DNA of 33,957 nucleotides, from positions 1 through 33,957 of the IMG/VR virus record IMGVR_UViG_3300032277_000041, one strand, 5' to 3'. Within the stretch, counting starts at the first letter, position 1, and each line of letters starts with the position of its first letter. Below, piece by piece: positions 1 to 8,972 of this stretch. Below the pieces are notes generated by a model. That model ran no database searches, had not been told where the DNA came from, and saw only the letters and a program-made list of their open reading frames with translations. The position numbers and the translations under genes were made by a program. Source of the DNA: a virus (Duplodnaviria > Caudoviricetes).

Positions 1-36
1 CCGCGAGCAGTGCCTAGTCGGTTGACCAGCACCGAC
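1..36. repeat. 36-bp terminal overlap (circular assembly junction)
   Basis: ccgcgagcagtgcctagtcggttgaccagcaccgac at 1-36 is identical to 33922-33957 and lies inside a coding frame. Confidence 0.95.
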
Positions 37-998
37 GCGACCGACGCGTAGACTGCCAGGTGCACATCAGGACAGTCGGCAGCACCAGCCAGCGCAGTCA
101 TCCATCCCTCAAATGTCCCGGCCTGCTCAATGCCTGACAGTAGCTGCGCCTCTCCGCTACCGGGGTCGACCTGCAGCGAGACCACATCCGTCGAGCCCAC
201 CCAGTCACTGCCGAGCAGGAATCCGTCCGCAGTCCCATCGCTGACCCATCCGCACCGGCTAGCTACCCGCTCCACCTGCATGCGCGAAGCATTGTGCGCC
301 AGCGCTGCAGTCAGGAACCGGACCACCATCGACGCATTGCCAGAGGTCACCCCAGATCCTCGATCGCCCAGCGCTGCAGTCAGTGTGCGCGCGTCGACCA
401 CCACCGACTGACGCACGACCCGCGAGTAGACCGCGCCTGTCCATCCTGGCCACTGCAGTCGGACATGGTGGTCACCCGTGTCGACGTCGAGCAGCCGACC
501 GACCGGCAGCAGCGGAACAGTCGAGACGAAGACGTCGCCCTCGCCAGTCGGGTCTGGTCCCCAGATGCCATCGGCTTTCACTGTCCACCCAGGCGGGCAG
601 GTCCAATCCGACGCCACCCACGGTAGCCCCTCGACCGGTCGGCCAGCGGTCCCATCGCCAGGAACGGAATCAGACGCGATCGACAGACCGCGCAGCGCCC
701 CTTTCACCAGTGTGCGCAGCCGCTTGACCGGTTGAGTCATTCCGCGCACCGCTGCGAGGCGCATGCAGACCGCTTCCCACCCAGGCGGATCGATCCGAGC
801 TAGCGTCGAGCATCGCTGCAGACCATCGCCCTCCATCAAGGTCGCGACGGCCTCTGCCAGTGCAGGTCGATCCATCTCGCCTGCGCGGTTGATCAGATCC
901 ATCAGGTCTGCGCGCGTCGCGGCAGCAGTGTCTGCCCCTGCGACCTCGACCCCGAGCAGCCCTGACAGCGACCGCGACTCGGTCTCGTTTTCTTGCAT
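1..998 (-). CDS. N-terminal part of a DUF927-family helicase/ATPase; joins 32826..33957 across the circular junction (~697 aa total)
   Basis: ATG at 998 is preceded by CACGGAGAAACC and reads MQENETESRSLSGLLGVEVAG. It is in frame with the 32826..33953 ORF once the 36-bp overlap is collapsed. Only the first ~280 nt were translated by hand. Confidence 0.8.
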   Translation of the reverse strand, partial: MQENETESRSLSGLLGVEVAGADTAAATRADLMDLINRAGEMDRPALAEAVATLMEGDGLQRCSTLARIDPPGWEAVCMRLAAVRGMTQPVKRLRTLVKGALRGLSIASDSVPGDGTAGRPVEGLPWVASDWTCPPGWTVKADGIWGPDPTGEGDVFVSTVPLLPVGRLLDVDTGDHHVRLQWPGWTGAVYSRVVRQSVVVDARTLTAALGDRGSGVTSGNASMVVRFLTAALAHNASRMQVERVASRCGWVSDGTADGFLLGSDWVGSTDVVSLQVDPGSGEAQLLSGIEQAGTFEGWMTALAGAADCPDVHLAVYASVASVLVNRLGTAR

Positions 999-1011
999 GG
1001 TTTCTCCGTGT

Positions 1012-1944
1012 TCAGAAGGTGTATCCGTGGAGCCCAGCTAGCTCCCAGAGGTGTCCAGTGTAGCCGCACGAGTTCGCATGATTGCACTTCGCGCGGCGCA
1101 GTTGGGATGGCTCGACGAAGAACCAGACCGACGGTCGACTGCAGGCCGGGCAGACAATGCCACGCACGATCGACCCTGACTGCCGGTCGACCTCATGGCC
1201 TCCGAGCGTCTGGCCAATCTGCCTGCGCGCGCTGCCGTCTTCCAGCAGCAGCCGTCGAACCTCTCGGTCTCGGTCTCGGTTGCTGCGCACCATACTTGCG
1301 CGCCGCTGCTCGACTTCCGCCCTGCGACGACTCGCCTGCGCTTCGCGCTCGGCTACTGCCTGGCGCGCGCGCTCGACGACTCGATCCAGATTCAGCAGCG
1401 GACCTGCAAACCGGTCGCGCGGCAGATGGATCCAGTGCGCACGCGCCGCGCCTGGTTTGGCGACAGGGACGTAGAACATCCGCGCTGGGTCGATGCACTT
1501 CTTGTCTGCCTCGGTCCCGACCGTCGACAGTACCTGCCTCATCACATCCGGCCAGACTTCGGCAGCGACTGGTCTAGCTAGCGGCAGCACCACTCGCAGC
1601 GCAGGCGCAGGTGCGTTGCCGTTCGACCGCTCCTGCATGTGCGAGAATGTCGTGTGCCCGATGTGAATCCATCGGCTCCACCGCTCGCGCGCGACCCTCG
1701 CTGGCGTTCCGTCATCGTAGTCGAGCACCAGCCACTGCACATCTGCCACGTTCCGCGATGCCCGTGTGGTCCCTGGCCTGTACGTCACCGGAGACCACAA
1801 CGCGACCCGCTTCGATCGCTCATCGCGCGAGGCGCAGTCTGCGAACCGACCCAGCCGATGCGCGATGGCCTCGATCTGCACATCTCGCGAGATTGGCTGC
1901 GTCGAACGGAGGTGCGCGAACATCGTGATCGCGCGCGTGCTCAT
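1012..1944 (-). CDS. AEP-superfamily primase/PrimPol with C-terminal zinc finger
   Basis: Motifs WLVLDYDDG (DxD), HTTFSH, LRVVLPL and CIDPARMFYVP; C-terminal CPAC...CNHANSC. Likely start at 1944 overlaps the helicase stop (ATGA). Confidence 0.8.
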   Translation of the reverse strand: MSTRAITMFAHLRSTQPISRDVQIEAIAHRLGRFADCASRDERSKRVALWSPVTYRPGTTRASRNVADVQWLVLDYDDGTPARVARERWSRWIHIGHTTFSHMQERSNGNAPAPALRVVLPLARPVAAEVWPDVMRQVLSTVGTEADKKCIDPARMFYVPVAKPGAARAHWIHLPRDRFAGPLLNLDRVVERARQAVAEREAQASRRRAEVEQRRASMVRSNRDRDREVRRLLLEDGSARRQIGQTLGGHEVDRQSGSIVRGIVCPACSRPSVWFFVEPSQLRRAKCNHANSCGYTGHLWELAGLHGYTF

Positions 1945-3782
1945 GGCGTCCATCCCCTGCGCAACCCCAGTCGCTTCATCGTCGCTGCTGCCTTCCATTC
2001 CGTGATCAATCGCTCCGCGTGGCCTCGGTTCCTCGGTTCCTGCTCGACACCCAAGCGACGCAGGTACTTTCGCTGCGGGTCGGTAACCGGTAGTCGACGC
2101 CACTCTGCTTCGCGGTTCACGATCTTCGCAGCCTGCCTGCCGACCTCTGCGACGAGGTCACCTGCAATCTCCGCAGCGACTGGTCGACTGTTCAGCAGCG
2201 TCGGTCGACGCGCGCGCGGTGGCACGATCATCGGCCAGACCTGGCCTCCGCTGGGGATCGTGTAGGCCGTCCCGTAGCTACCGAGTCCGAGTGCGCGAAC
2301 GCCATCCGGTAGATCGATCCACTCAGGTAGCCACTTGCTGCGCTTGCGCGATGGGTCGGTCACCCCTGACCGTCCACCTTCGCCAGTCGCCATCGCCCAC
2401 CCTTCCGGCGAGACCAGGAACGGACCATCGACGTTGATGATGCCGCTGCGTCGACCTGCCATCGGTGGCCTCGGTCGGTGAAGCTGCAGGTGCGGACCTG
2501 ACCCGCCGTCCTCCGTCATCGGGACGATCTTGGCATCCCACATCGAGCCCTTGGGTGCACTCCAATCGCGATCATGGTGGTCCTCGGTCGCGACCCACTT
2601 GGTCAGCCCTTCATCGTCTCGACCGATGCCGAGCGCCACGGATGAGACCAGCGAATGCACCTGCGCGGCACCGAGCACGTCCCAGACATCGAATCTGCTC
2701 TTGCCTGGGTACAGCCTCGCGCCTCGACCCACGATCTGAATATACAGCGTCTTCGACCCGCACGGTCTAGCTAGCACGATGTGCGCCGTGCGCGGCAGGT
2801 CGGTCCCCTCGGTCAGCACTCCGCAGTTGACGATGACGTCAATGTGGCCAATCTCGAATGCGCGCAGGGTCTCGCGTCGCTGGCCTGCTGGCGTCTTGCC
2901 GGTCAGGTAGGCTGCGCGGTGCGCGCCCTCGACCAGTATCGTGTGCGTCCTGATGACCTGCGCGACATCCATGCAGAAGATCAATGTCGGCTCTCCTCGC
3001 ACCTCGTCTGCAATCTGCGCGACGTGATCTGCAATGCCTGCATTCAGCAGCGCCTTCGCGAGATCTTTGTCTTCGTCGTCGCCATCCTCGCTGTTCGCTT
3101 GGTCGATGGCTGCGCGCAGGCGGGGACCGACTGCCAGCGGTCTGTCGTGAAAGTCAGGCTCTACCAGGTAGCCGCTGTCGATAGCTTCCTGCAGGCTGTA
3201 GGAGTACGCAGGGACATCACCCCACATCGCAGACAGCCGGATGGCATCTGCCCGTTCTGGCGTCGCGGTCAGACCAAGCGCAAAGCATCCGCCGCTGCCG
3301 ACCGAGTCTGCCTGCATCAGTCCAAGTGCGACGTCTCCCCAAGATCGACCGGGGACGTAGTGGTGCGCCTCGTCGAGCACGATCAGCGATGGCGACCCGT
3401 GCTGCAGGTACGACCCTGCGCGGTGCTGCATCGTCTGCACCGAGGAAAAAACAACCTGAGCCGAGCAGTCATCCGCGCGGCCTTTCACCAGGCCGGAGAC
3501 GCTAGCTAGCGACTCGAAGTGATCGAGCGCACGCACGGTCGCGAGCGGTTGCGTCACCAGTTCCTCGCGGTGTGCCAGCCAGAGCACGCGGGCGTCTGGC
3601 TTCGACTCGACTGCGCGGCGCACGCTTTCAAGTGCGGTGATCGTCTTCCCCACTCCGGTCGGCAGCACCAGCAGCGCGCGACGCTGACCGCTGCGCCAGG
3701 CGTCCCGCACACCTTCGATCGCGTCTAGCTGCACCTGTCGCAGTTGGAACGACCGCAGCGCGGGTAGTTGCTTGTTGTCCAT
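1941..3782 (-). CDS. Superfamily II DEAH helicase (YejH/RadD/Irc3-like)
   Basis: Walker A LPTGVGKT, LDEAHH, LTATP, LTEGTDLP and QIVGRGAR; RBS CACACGGAGG. Confidence 0.92.
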   Translation of the reverse strand: MDNKQLPALRSFQLRQVQLDAIEGVRDAWRSGQRRALLVLPTGVGKTITALESVRRAVESKPDARVLWLAHREELVTQPLATVRALDHFESLASVSGLVKGRADDCSAQVVFSSVQTMQHRAGSYLQHGSPSLIVLDEAHHYVPGRSWGDVALGLMQADSVGSGGCFALGLTATPERADAIRLSAMWGDVPAYSYSLQEAIDSGYLVEPDFHDRPLAVGPRLRAAIDQANSEDGDDEDKDLAKALLNAGIADHVAQIADEVRGEPTLIFCMDVAQVIRTHTILVEGAHRAAYLTGKTPAGQRRETLRAFEIGHIDVIVNCGVLTEGTDLPRTAHIVLARPCGSKTLYIQIVGRGARLYPGKSRFDVWDVLGAAQVHSLVSSVALGIGRDDEGLTKWVATEDHHDRDWSAPKGSMWDAKIVPMTEDGGSGPHLQLHRPRPPMAGRRSGIINVDGPFLVSPEGWAMATGEGGRSGVTDPSRKRSKWLPEWIDLPDGVRALGLGSYGTAYTIPSGGQVWPMIVPPRARRPTLLNSRPVAAEIAGDLVAEVGRQAAKIVNREAEWRRLPVTDPQRKYLRRLGVEQEPRNRGHAERLITEWKAAATMKRLGLRRGWTP

Positions 3783-3819
3783 TCGTCCTCCGTGTGTGCT
3801 GTCCCCAGCAGGGCTGACC

Positions 3820-3900
3820 CTATCCGCCCATGGCGAAGAAGATCAGCGAGAAAATGATGATGAGGCTAGCTGCTGCCTCGATGTGCTCTTCGGTGCTCAT
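3820..3900 (-). CDS. 26-aa hydrophobic peptide (MSTEEHIEAAASLIIIFSLIFFAMGG)
   Basis: ATGA overlap with the upstream gene's stop; single hydrophobic stretch; too short for the ORF track. Confidence 0.5.
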   Translation of the reverse strand: MSTEEHIEAAASLIIIFSLIFFAMGG

Positions 3901-4115
3901 TGTGCCCAACCTTTTGCAAAACGCGCGCCCGCTGCGCGGCACCAGGTCGCAATTTCAGAAACGTGATCGACGTTTGGTTGTTCAACAGACAATTCGCAGC
4001 GACGTGCACGCCAGTAATACTCGGCAGCTTCGTCTTCGATGACAGTGATCGGACTGTCCTGCTTTACGCCACGAAGTGAAAGGTATTGAAGAAGACCTGC
4101 GCGAGATGTTGTCAT
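3897..4115 (-). CDS. Hypothetical protein (72 aa) with its own promoter and leader
   Basis: Start MTTSRAG at 4115, after RBS ACCACGGAG, a GGGA hairpin and a TATAGT -10. Confidence 0.7.
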   Translation of the reverse strand: MTTSRAGLLQYLSLRGVKQDSPITVIEDEAAEYYWRARRCELSVEQPNVDHVSEIATWCRAAGARFAKGWAQ

Positions 4116-4215
4116 TTTGTGCTCCGTGGTTGTTAGCGCCGCCGTCCCCGGCGACACTCTTCTACTATAGGAGTCCTGAAGATCGGCAAGGAGAAATATC
4201 AGATTATTTGAAACT
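4116..4215 (-). promoter_or_regulatory. Early-type promoter with GGGA leader hairpin
   Basis: -10 TATAGT (4164-4169); hairpin AGTGTCGCCG-GGGA-CGGCGGCGCT (4135-4158); AT-rich upstream region with an ATCAGA box; no good -35 at 17-nt spacing. Confidence 0.6.
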
Positions 4216-4702
4216 ATTTCGACTGAGACTCCAACCACGCCAGCACCAGACCCAGCGCCTGCCACGCGTGCGAGGCGACGCCGTACAGTGGACCAGGTGC
4301 AGCCTTCTTTCCGACCGCAGGCCGTGCTGGCTGGTCGTGATCTGCGATGCAGGCTGCACGCACGCGCGAGTCTGCCGATCCCGTTCCTGACAGCACACCC
4401 AGCGACCGCAGCACCTGTCGACGCGTCATCGTGGAGACCTGGCAGTCGAGCGCACGCGCGGTGGATTCCATGCCGCCTGCAGCCCAGGCCGTATCCAGCA
4501 GATGACCGATCACCCCAGTGCCGAGCGGACCCATGCAGGTCGGTCGCTCGATGATGACTGGCCCTGCGTGGTCTGCCATGACGCCGACGATGGTAGCTAG
4601 CGTCGCTGCCTTGTCTGCCCGCGTGACGCAGCGCGCCTCGGTGTCGTACAGCACGAACCCAGAACACGATGGCCCTGGGTCGATGCCCAGCACGATCACC
4701 AC
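4214..4702 (-). CDS. RuvC-like Holliday junction resolvase
   Basis: N-terminal VLGIDPG, central IIE and C-terminal HAWQALG pattern of RuvC/RNase H fold. Confidence 0.8.
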   Translation of the reverse strand: MVIVLGIDPGPSCSGFVLYDTEARCVTRADKAATLATIVGVMADHAGPVIIERPTCMGPLGTGVIGHLLDTAWAAGGMESTARALDCQVSTMTRRQVLRSLGVLSGTGSADSRVRAACIADHDQPARPAVGKKAAPGPLYGVASHAWQALGLVLAWLESQSK

Positions 4703-4974
4703 TCACCTCCGTCGAGCGGTTTGAGCCCTTCGCGGATCTGATCGAGCGTGCGCAGTTGAGCTTCGGTCTGCTTCAGACGCAGCGCGCGCACCTGCTCCAA
4801 CCAGTACCGGCAGTGCCTCTCAGACGAGTCGAGCATGGCGATCGTCGAGGAGCACATCGCGTACAGCGCCAGCGCAGCATCAGCACGGTCGGGATCGAGA
4901 GGCGGATCGCCTGCCATCAGTGTCTGGAAAAGCGCCTTCGCGCGCGCGGCTTCCGCCTCTGACTCTTCCGTCAT
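4696..4974 (-). CDS. Hypothetical protein (92 aa)
   Basis: Start MTEESE overlaps the HTH gene stop (ATGA); helical character. Confidence 0.65.
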   Translation of the reverse strand: MTEESEAEAARAKALFQTLMAGDPPLDPDRADAALALYAMCSSTIAMLDSSERHCRYWLEQVRALRLKQTEAQLRTLDQIREGLKPLDGGEW

Positions 4975-5231
4975 TGCGGCTCTCCCATCACGATCCAGAC
5001 TGCGACCTGCCATGCAGTCAGTTCGGAGCGCTCCGCGACAAGGAGTGAGATCTTGCGAGCCACTGCCACCGGGCATCGCGTCGCGCCTTTCTCGATGTAG
5101 CAGATGGTGCCCTGGGACAGTCCCAGTCGCTGCGCTAGCTCAGCCTGCCGCATGGGAGGATTGCACGCCAGGCGCAGAGCCTTGATTGCCTGGCCGTGGA
5201 TGGCGTGCTGGGTTTGCTGTTCTGTTGTCAT
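4971..5231 (-). CDS. XRE/Cro-type helix-turn-helix regulator
   Basis: IKALRL...MRQAELAQRLGLSQGTICYIEKG; RBS ACACGGAGG. Confidence 0.85.
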   Translation of the reverse strand: MTTEQQTQHAIHGQAIKALRLACNPPMRQAELAQRLGLSQGTICYIEKGATRCPVAVARKISLLVAERSELTAWQVAVWIVMGEPQ

Positions 5232-5262
5232 CTGAACCTCCGTGTTCATTGAGTCCGCCGCT

Positions 5263-5371
5263 CCACTACTTCAGGAACTGCGAACGCGCAACCATAAAAC
5301 GTGCATCATTTCTATTGCGCCAGCAGTGTCTGCTGACTACGTGGACCGAGCCACGCGATGGACGCGATGGC
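5263..5371. promoter_or_regulatory. Back-to-back sigma70-like promoters
   Basis: Leftward TTGCGC (5291-5286)-17-TAGTGG. Rightward TTGCGC (5315-5320)-17-TACGTG, with inverted repeat CAGCAG-tgt-CTGCTG in the spacer. ATGGA-loop hairpin at 5350-5371. Confidence 0.6.
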
Positions 5372-5383
5372 ATCGGAGATAGA

Positions 5384-6418
5384 ATGACAATCAAGACGCC
5401 ATCATGGCTGCCTGCGCCGGTACTCGACCGGTTGACGATCTACGACACGCGAGAGGCCTGGTTGGACGCCAGGAACAAACGCATTGCAGATGGAGTCATC
5501 GGCTCGACGACTGCTGCAGCGCTGATCGCGCTGTCACCATGGCGGAACCCGTGGGATTGCTGGGCTGCCGTCCACGCACCGCACCTCATCGAGCAGACGA
5601 CCAGCGACCCGCGACTGCTAGCTAGAGGTCTCGCGCTGGAAGGATTGGCCGACCGCCTGTATCGAGAGGAGACCGGATCGGAGACGTGGGGAGTCGACGC
5701 GCACATGGCAGTGATGTCTGCCGACCTGCTGTTCTGCGTCTCGCCTGATGCCTTCTGCCGCCATCCCAGCGCAGGCGTCGGTGTCGCTGAGTACAAAATC
5801 GTGCAGCCCTGGAGGCGCGACAAGTATCCGAGCGAGTACATCGAGATCCGGTCGCTGGCTGACCTCGACGCTGCCTCGACCCTCGGTCGCTGGCCGGTAG
5901 ATCGCCAGTATGTGATTCAGTGCCTCGTGCATCTGATGGCGACCGGTGCAGACTATGTCGACCTCTTCGCTGTCTTCGCGAAGGACGTGCAGCTTGGACA
6001 CAACGTCGACGGCTGGGACTCGCCCATCGCGGTCGAAGGTACTGCGCGCATGCGGATCTGGCGCGACGCTGACATGCTCATCGACGTAGCTACACCAATC
6101 ATTGACGCGCACTTTGACATCATCAAGAACGGAAAAGAGCCAGTGACCTTTGCGCCTCCGCCACCGTGGGACACTACACGCGACCCGCTCGACGGAAAGA
6201 GAGACGCGACCGCAGACGAGGTATCGATCTTGGGTGACCTCGCAGAAAAGTCGAACCGCGCCAAGGTCGACAAGGCTGACATCTCGATGCTGCGCGCTCG
6301 GCTGCGGGACTGCATCGCGGACAGTGGCAACAAAGGCATCAGCGCTGAATCTGACAGCGGAACCAAGGTGACCGCCTCGGTCAGCAAGTCCGGTCGACTG
6401 ACCGTCAGGGGTCTGTGA
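5384..6418 (+). CDS. YqaJ/lambda-Exo-like exonuclease
   Basis: WLDARNKRI...IGSTTAAAL...SPWRNPW...RGLALE...SPDA...AEYK...YVIQ (PD-(D/E)xK); adjacent to RecT. Confidence 0.85.
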   Translation: MTIKTPSWLPAPVLDRLTIYDTREAWLDARNKRIADGVIGSTTAAALIALSPWRNPWDCWAAVHAPHLIEQTTSDPRLLARGLALEGLADRLYREETGSETWGVDAHMAVMSADLLFCVSPDAFCRHPSAGVGVAEYKIVQPWRRDKYPSEYIEIRSLADLDAASTLGRWPVDRQYVIQCLVHLMATGADYVDLFAVFAKDVQLGHNVDGWDSPIAVEGTARMRIWRDADMLIDVATPIIDAHFDIIKNGKEPVTFAPPPPWDTTRDPLDGKRDATADEVSILGDLAEKSNRAKVDKADISMLRARLRDCIADSGNKGISAESDSGTKVTASVSKSGRLTVRGL

Positions 6419-7242
6419 TGTCAAGTGTCCAAACGACGTCAGTCACGCTTCGCGCCCGCGTGCAGCGCATGGCCTCGACGATGCTGCTCGACATGGTTGG
6501 CGAGGACCGAGCGAAGGAAGCAAGCGCGCGCGTCGCGATGGCCTTCGCTGCTGCACATCGCGCAGCTAGAAACCCTGCTGACATTGAGCGCTGCTCACCG
6601 GAGTCGATCGCGTCTGCGGTTGCGCTGTCTGCGCTGACTGGCCTGATGCCTGGAGGTGCTATGCCAGGCGTCTGGCTGGTGCCTCGCAGTGGTCAGCTTC
6701 AGTGGATGATTTCGCACCGTGGACTGACCACACTGTGCAGGCGCGCTGGCTACCAACTGTCGACCTGCGTGGTCGGCACCGCAGACCACATCGCAGTCGA
6801 GTTTGGAGAAGTGACCGAGCACCGTGTCGCCGTTGGAAATGAGGCCACCGGACTGGATGACCTCGCAGGTGTCATCGTCTCCTGCAAGCGCCTGACAGAT
6901 GGCGCGGTCCTCGGTCGCTACTGGTTGTCAGGTGCTGACGTTCGCAAGCGAGCGCGCGCCAGAGGTGCTGGTCCGGTCTGGAAAACTTGGCCCCTGGAGA
7001 TGGCGCAGAAGACTGCGATCAAGTGGGCCTGCGCGAGAGGCCTGGTCCCGATTGAGTCCATCGAGCTAGACCAAGCGCTCGCAGCAGACACACGTGCAGA
7101 GATCGATGAGCGTCCACGGGTGCAACTGTCACGGCCTGCGCTGCCTGCTCCGTCTGACATCTTCGGATCGGAAGAGCCAGACGACGACCCTGCGCCGGAA
7201 CCGGTGGACGCAGAAGTGCTCGACGACCCGATGGCGATTTGA
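6418..7242 (+). CDS. recT: RecT-family ssDNA annealing protein
   Basis: CSPESI, WLVP, QWMISHRGL and W...EMAQKTAIK motifs; acidic C-terminal tail; coupled to the exonuclease. Confidence 0.85.
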   Translation: MSSVQTTSVTLRARVQRMASTMLLDMVGEDRAKEASARVAMAFAAAHRAARNPADIERCSPESIASAVALSALTGLMPGGAMPGVWLVPRSGQLQWMISHRGLTTLCRRAGYQLSTCVVGTADHIAVEFGEVTEHRVAVGNEATGLDDLAGVIVSCKRLTDGAVLGRYWLSGADVRKRARARGAGPVWKTWPLEMAQKTAIKWACARGLVPIESIELDQALAADTRAEIDERPRVQLSRPALPAPSDIFGSEEPDDDPAPEPVDAEVLDDPMAI

Positions 7243-7502
7243 TGTTGCCTGGTATTCCTGCAGGTGCCATGGCCGTTCTTGACTATGTCGCCAGTACCCA
7301 GGTCTGCTATCCGTGGGTGCGTCTTGCAGAGATAGCGCCTGCAGTGCACCTGTCGCAGAAAACGGTGTATCGAGGTCGACGCGCATTGTTGCAATACGGT
7401 CTGATCATCGAAGGTGGCACAGACTCTCGACCTGAGATCCGTGCGACGATGACAGGCCGGAAAGTGATTGACGCGTTCATGCGTTCGGAGGTGACCAGAT
7501 GA
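7242..7502 (+). CDS. Small winged-helix/HTH DNA-binding protein
   Basis: LAEIAPAVHLSQKTVYRGRRALLQYGLI pattern; stop/start overlap with recT. Confidence 0.65.
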   Translation: MLPGIPAGAMAVLDYVASTQVCYPWVRLAEIAPAVHLSQKTVYRGRRALLQYGLIIEGGTDSRPEIRATMTGRKVIDAFMRSEVTR

Positions 7503-7720
7503 GAATCACGCCATGGTATCTGGTCGGACGTAGCTACCAGTGCTCGATGCGCGCTCCGTACTGCGATCTAGAAGTGTTGCCGGTCGATCTCGGCTGGCAG
7601 TGGAGGGTCTGCAAGATCGATCCAGTCACGGGTCGATTTGCAGTCGTGCATCAGGGCACAGAGGATCGACTACCTGCTGCGAAGGCGGCAGCAGTGGACG
7701 CAGCGAACCGGTCGCGGTAG
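7499..7720 (+). CDS. Hypothetical protein (73 aa)
   Basis: ATGA overlap and GGAGG RBS; WQWRV...AKAAA pattern common in small phage proteins. Confidence 0.65.
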   Translation: MRITPWYLVGRSYQCSMRAPYCDLEVLPVDLGWQWRVCKIDPVTGRFAVVHQGTEDRLPAAKAAAVDAANRSR

Positions 7721-7791
7721 TTTGCGACCAGGCGCGCTCCTCGGTCTCTCTCCGTGTGCTGGGTTGAGCGTGGCGGCCTATCCATCCGCTG

Positions 7792-7830
7792 CCCCATCGA
7801 CATGTCCCCCCGGTCGATGGGGTTTCCTGC
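7792..7830 (+). terminator. Hairpin, possible intrinsic terminator of the recombination operon
   Basis: CCCCATCGAC (7792-7801) pairs with GTCGATGGGG (7813-7822), followed by TTT and a T-rich tract. Confidence 0.5.
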
Positions 7831-7864
7831 GTCTGGGTGTTTTGCGTTTTCTGATCTTTTGTGG

Positions 7865-7938
7865 TTGCGCTATCAGAATCCGTGAAGTATGGTGTCGGGG
7901 CGGGGCGGGGACGCTCCGCACAAACCACGGAGAACGAA
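7865..7938 (+). promoter_or_regulatory. Sigma70-like promoter, GGGA leader hairpin and RBS
   Basis: TTGCGC-17-TATGGT; hairpin GCGGGGCG-GGGA-CGCTCCGC (7900-7919); CCACGGAGAA. Confidence 0.7.
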
Positions 7939-8286
7939 ATGACTCAGATTAACTGGAAGAAGCAGTATGCAGGCGATGGCAGCAGGATTCTCGTAGGCCC
8001 AGTGAATGACCGAGGGCTCTACCTACGCCTACAATCAGACCGATACAACGGAGGTTGGCAGCTACGCCTGATCGATCACGGTGTGAACGCAAGCTGTAGC
8101 ACGCTCGCCACAGCACGCTCGCCTCAGGGAGTCAGCACTTGGCAGCAGGCCAAAGTTTGGGCGCAGGGCCAACCTGAGTTGAACCCTACAGTGGCCAACC
8201 CGTGGAAGCTCAAAGCAAGAGACCTGCATCGAGATTGCACGCGCGAGGAGCTACACCGACTTCTGCAGATTGCAGAATATAGCTAG
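7939..8286 (+). CDS. Hypothetical early protein (115 aa)
   Basis: Start MTQINW after the conserved leader and RBS. Confidence 0.75.
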   Translation: MTQINWKKQYAGDGSRILVGPVNDRGLYLRLQSDRYNGGWQLRLIDHGVNASCSTLATARSPQGVSTWQQAKVWAQGQPELNPTVANPWKLKARDLHRDCTREELHRLLQIAEYS

Positions 8287-8329
8287 ACTCGCTGACCGAG
8301 CGAGGTGCCGGCGATGGCGGTGCGATTAT

Positions 8330-8429
8330 TTTCAGATTTTCTGAAGAAAACGCTACCGCTGAGAGAAATGATCGGCTATAGTAAAGGGGCGGGCCGGGGA
8401 CGGCACCGCGCCAAACACGGAGAAACAAA
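8330..8429 (+). promoter_or_regulatory. Promoter, GGGA leader hairpin and RBS
   Basis: Palindrome TTCAGA-ttt-TCTGAA; -10 TATAGT (8377-8382); hairpin at 8389-8409; ACACGGAGAAAC. Confidence 0.65.
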
Positions 8430-8876
8430 ATGACCGCAGCAATCAACACTCTTCGCGAAGCCCTCACCACCCTCGAAGACAACACCCCTGACTTCCTCGC
8501 TCCTGAGCGCGCCGCGCACGACGCAGCAGTAGACGCCGCACGCCGCGAACTGCACGCCGCCTTCGGTCGCCAGGCACACGCCGCGCACGTAGCTAAGACC
8601 TACAGCGCAGCGCTCGGCAGCAAGATGGAAGCGCGGGTGCACGCCTTCGGAACCCAGGTGCGGATCGCAGGCCGCTGGCACATGGTCGGAACCAACGTCA
8701 ACTTCACTGACTGCTACAACGCACGCTGCAGCCTCACCGGCAAGAGCACCTGGGCTCGCATGGTCGACGGTCGCTGGCTCGTCACTGTCTACCGGGCAGA
8801 CGGCAGCAACATGCAGACCATGCGCTGCAGCCACATCCAGAGCGCAATGAAGCAGATGAGCAGCTTTCTCCGCTGA
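8430..8876 (+). CDS. Hypothetical early protein (148 aa)
   Basis: Strong RBS and phage-like codon usage. Confidence 0.8.
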   Translation: MTAAINTLREALTTLEDNTPDFLAPERAAHDAAVDAARRELHAAFGRQAHAAHVAKTYSAALGSKMEARVHAFGTQVRIAGRWHMVGTNVNFTDCYNARCSLTGKSTWARMVDGRWLVTVYRADGSNMQTMRCSHIQSAMKQMSSFLR

Positions 8877-8882
8877 TCGGAG

Positions 8883-8972
8883 AATATCAGAAAACCTGTA
8901 GACAACGCGCGCTGCAGGTAGTACAACAAAGGTGCGGGCGGGGACGCCGCGCACACACCACGGAGAAACGAC
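8883..8972 (+). promoter_or_regulatory. Sigma70-like promoter, GGGA leader hairpin and RBS
   Basis: AATATCAGAAAACCT box; TAGACA-17-TACAAC; hairpin GTGCGGGCG-GGGA-CGCCgCGCAC (8932-8954); CCACGGAGAAACG. Confidence 0.7.
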
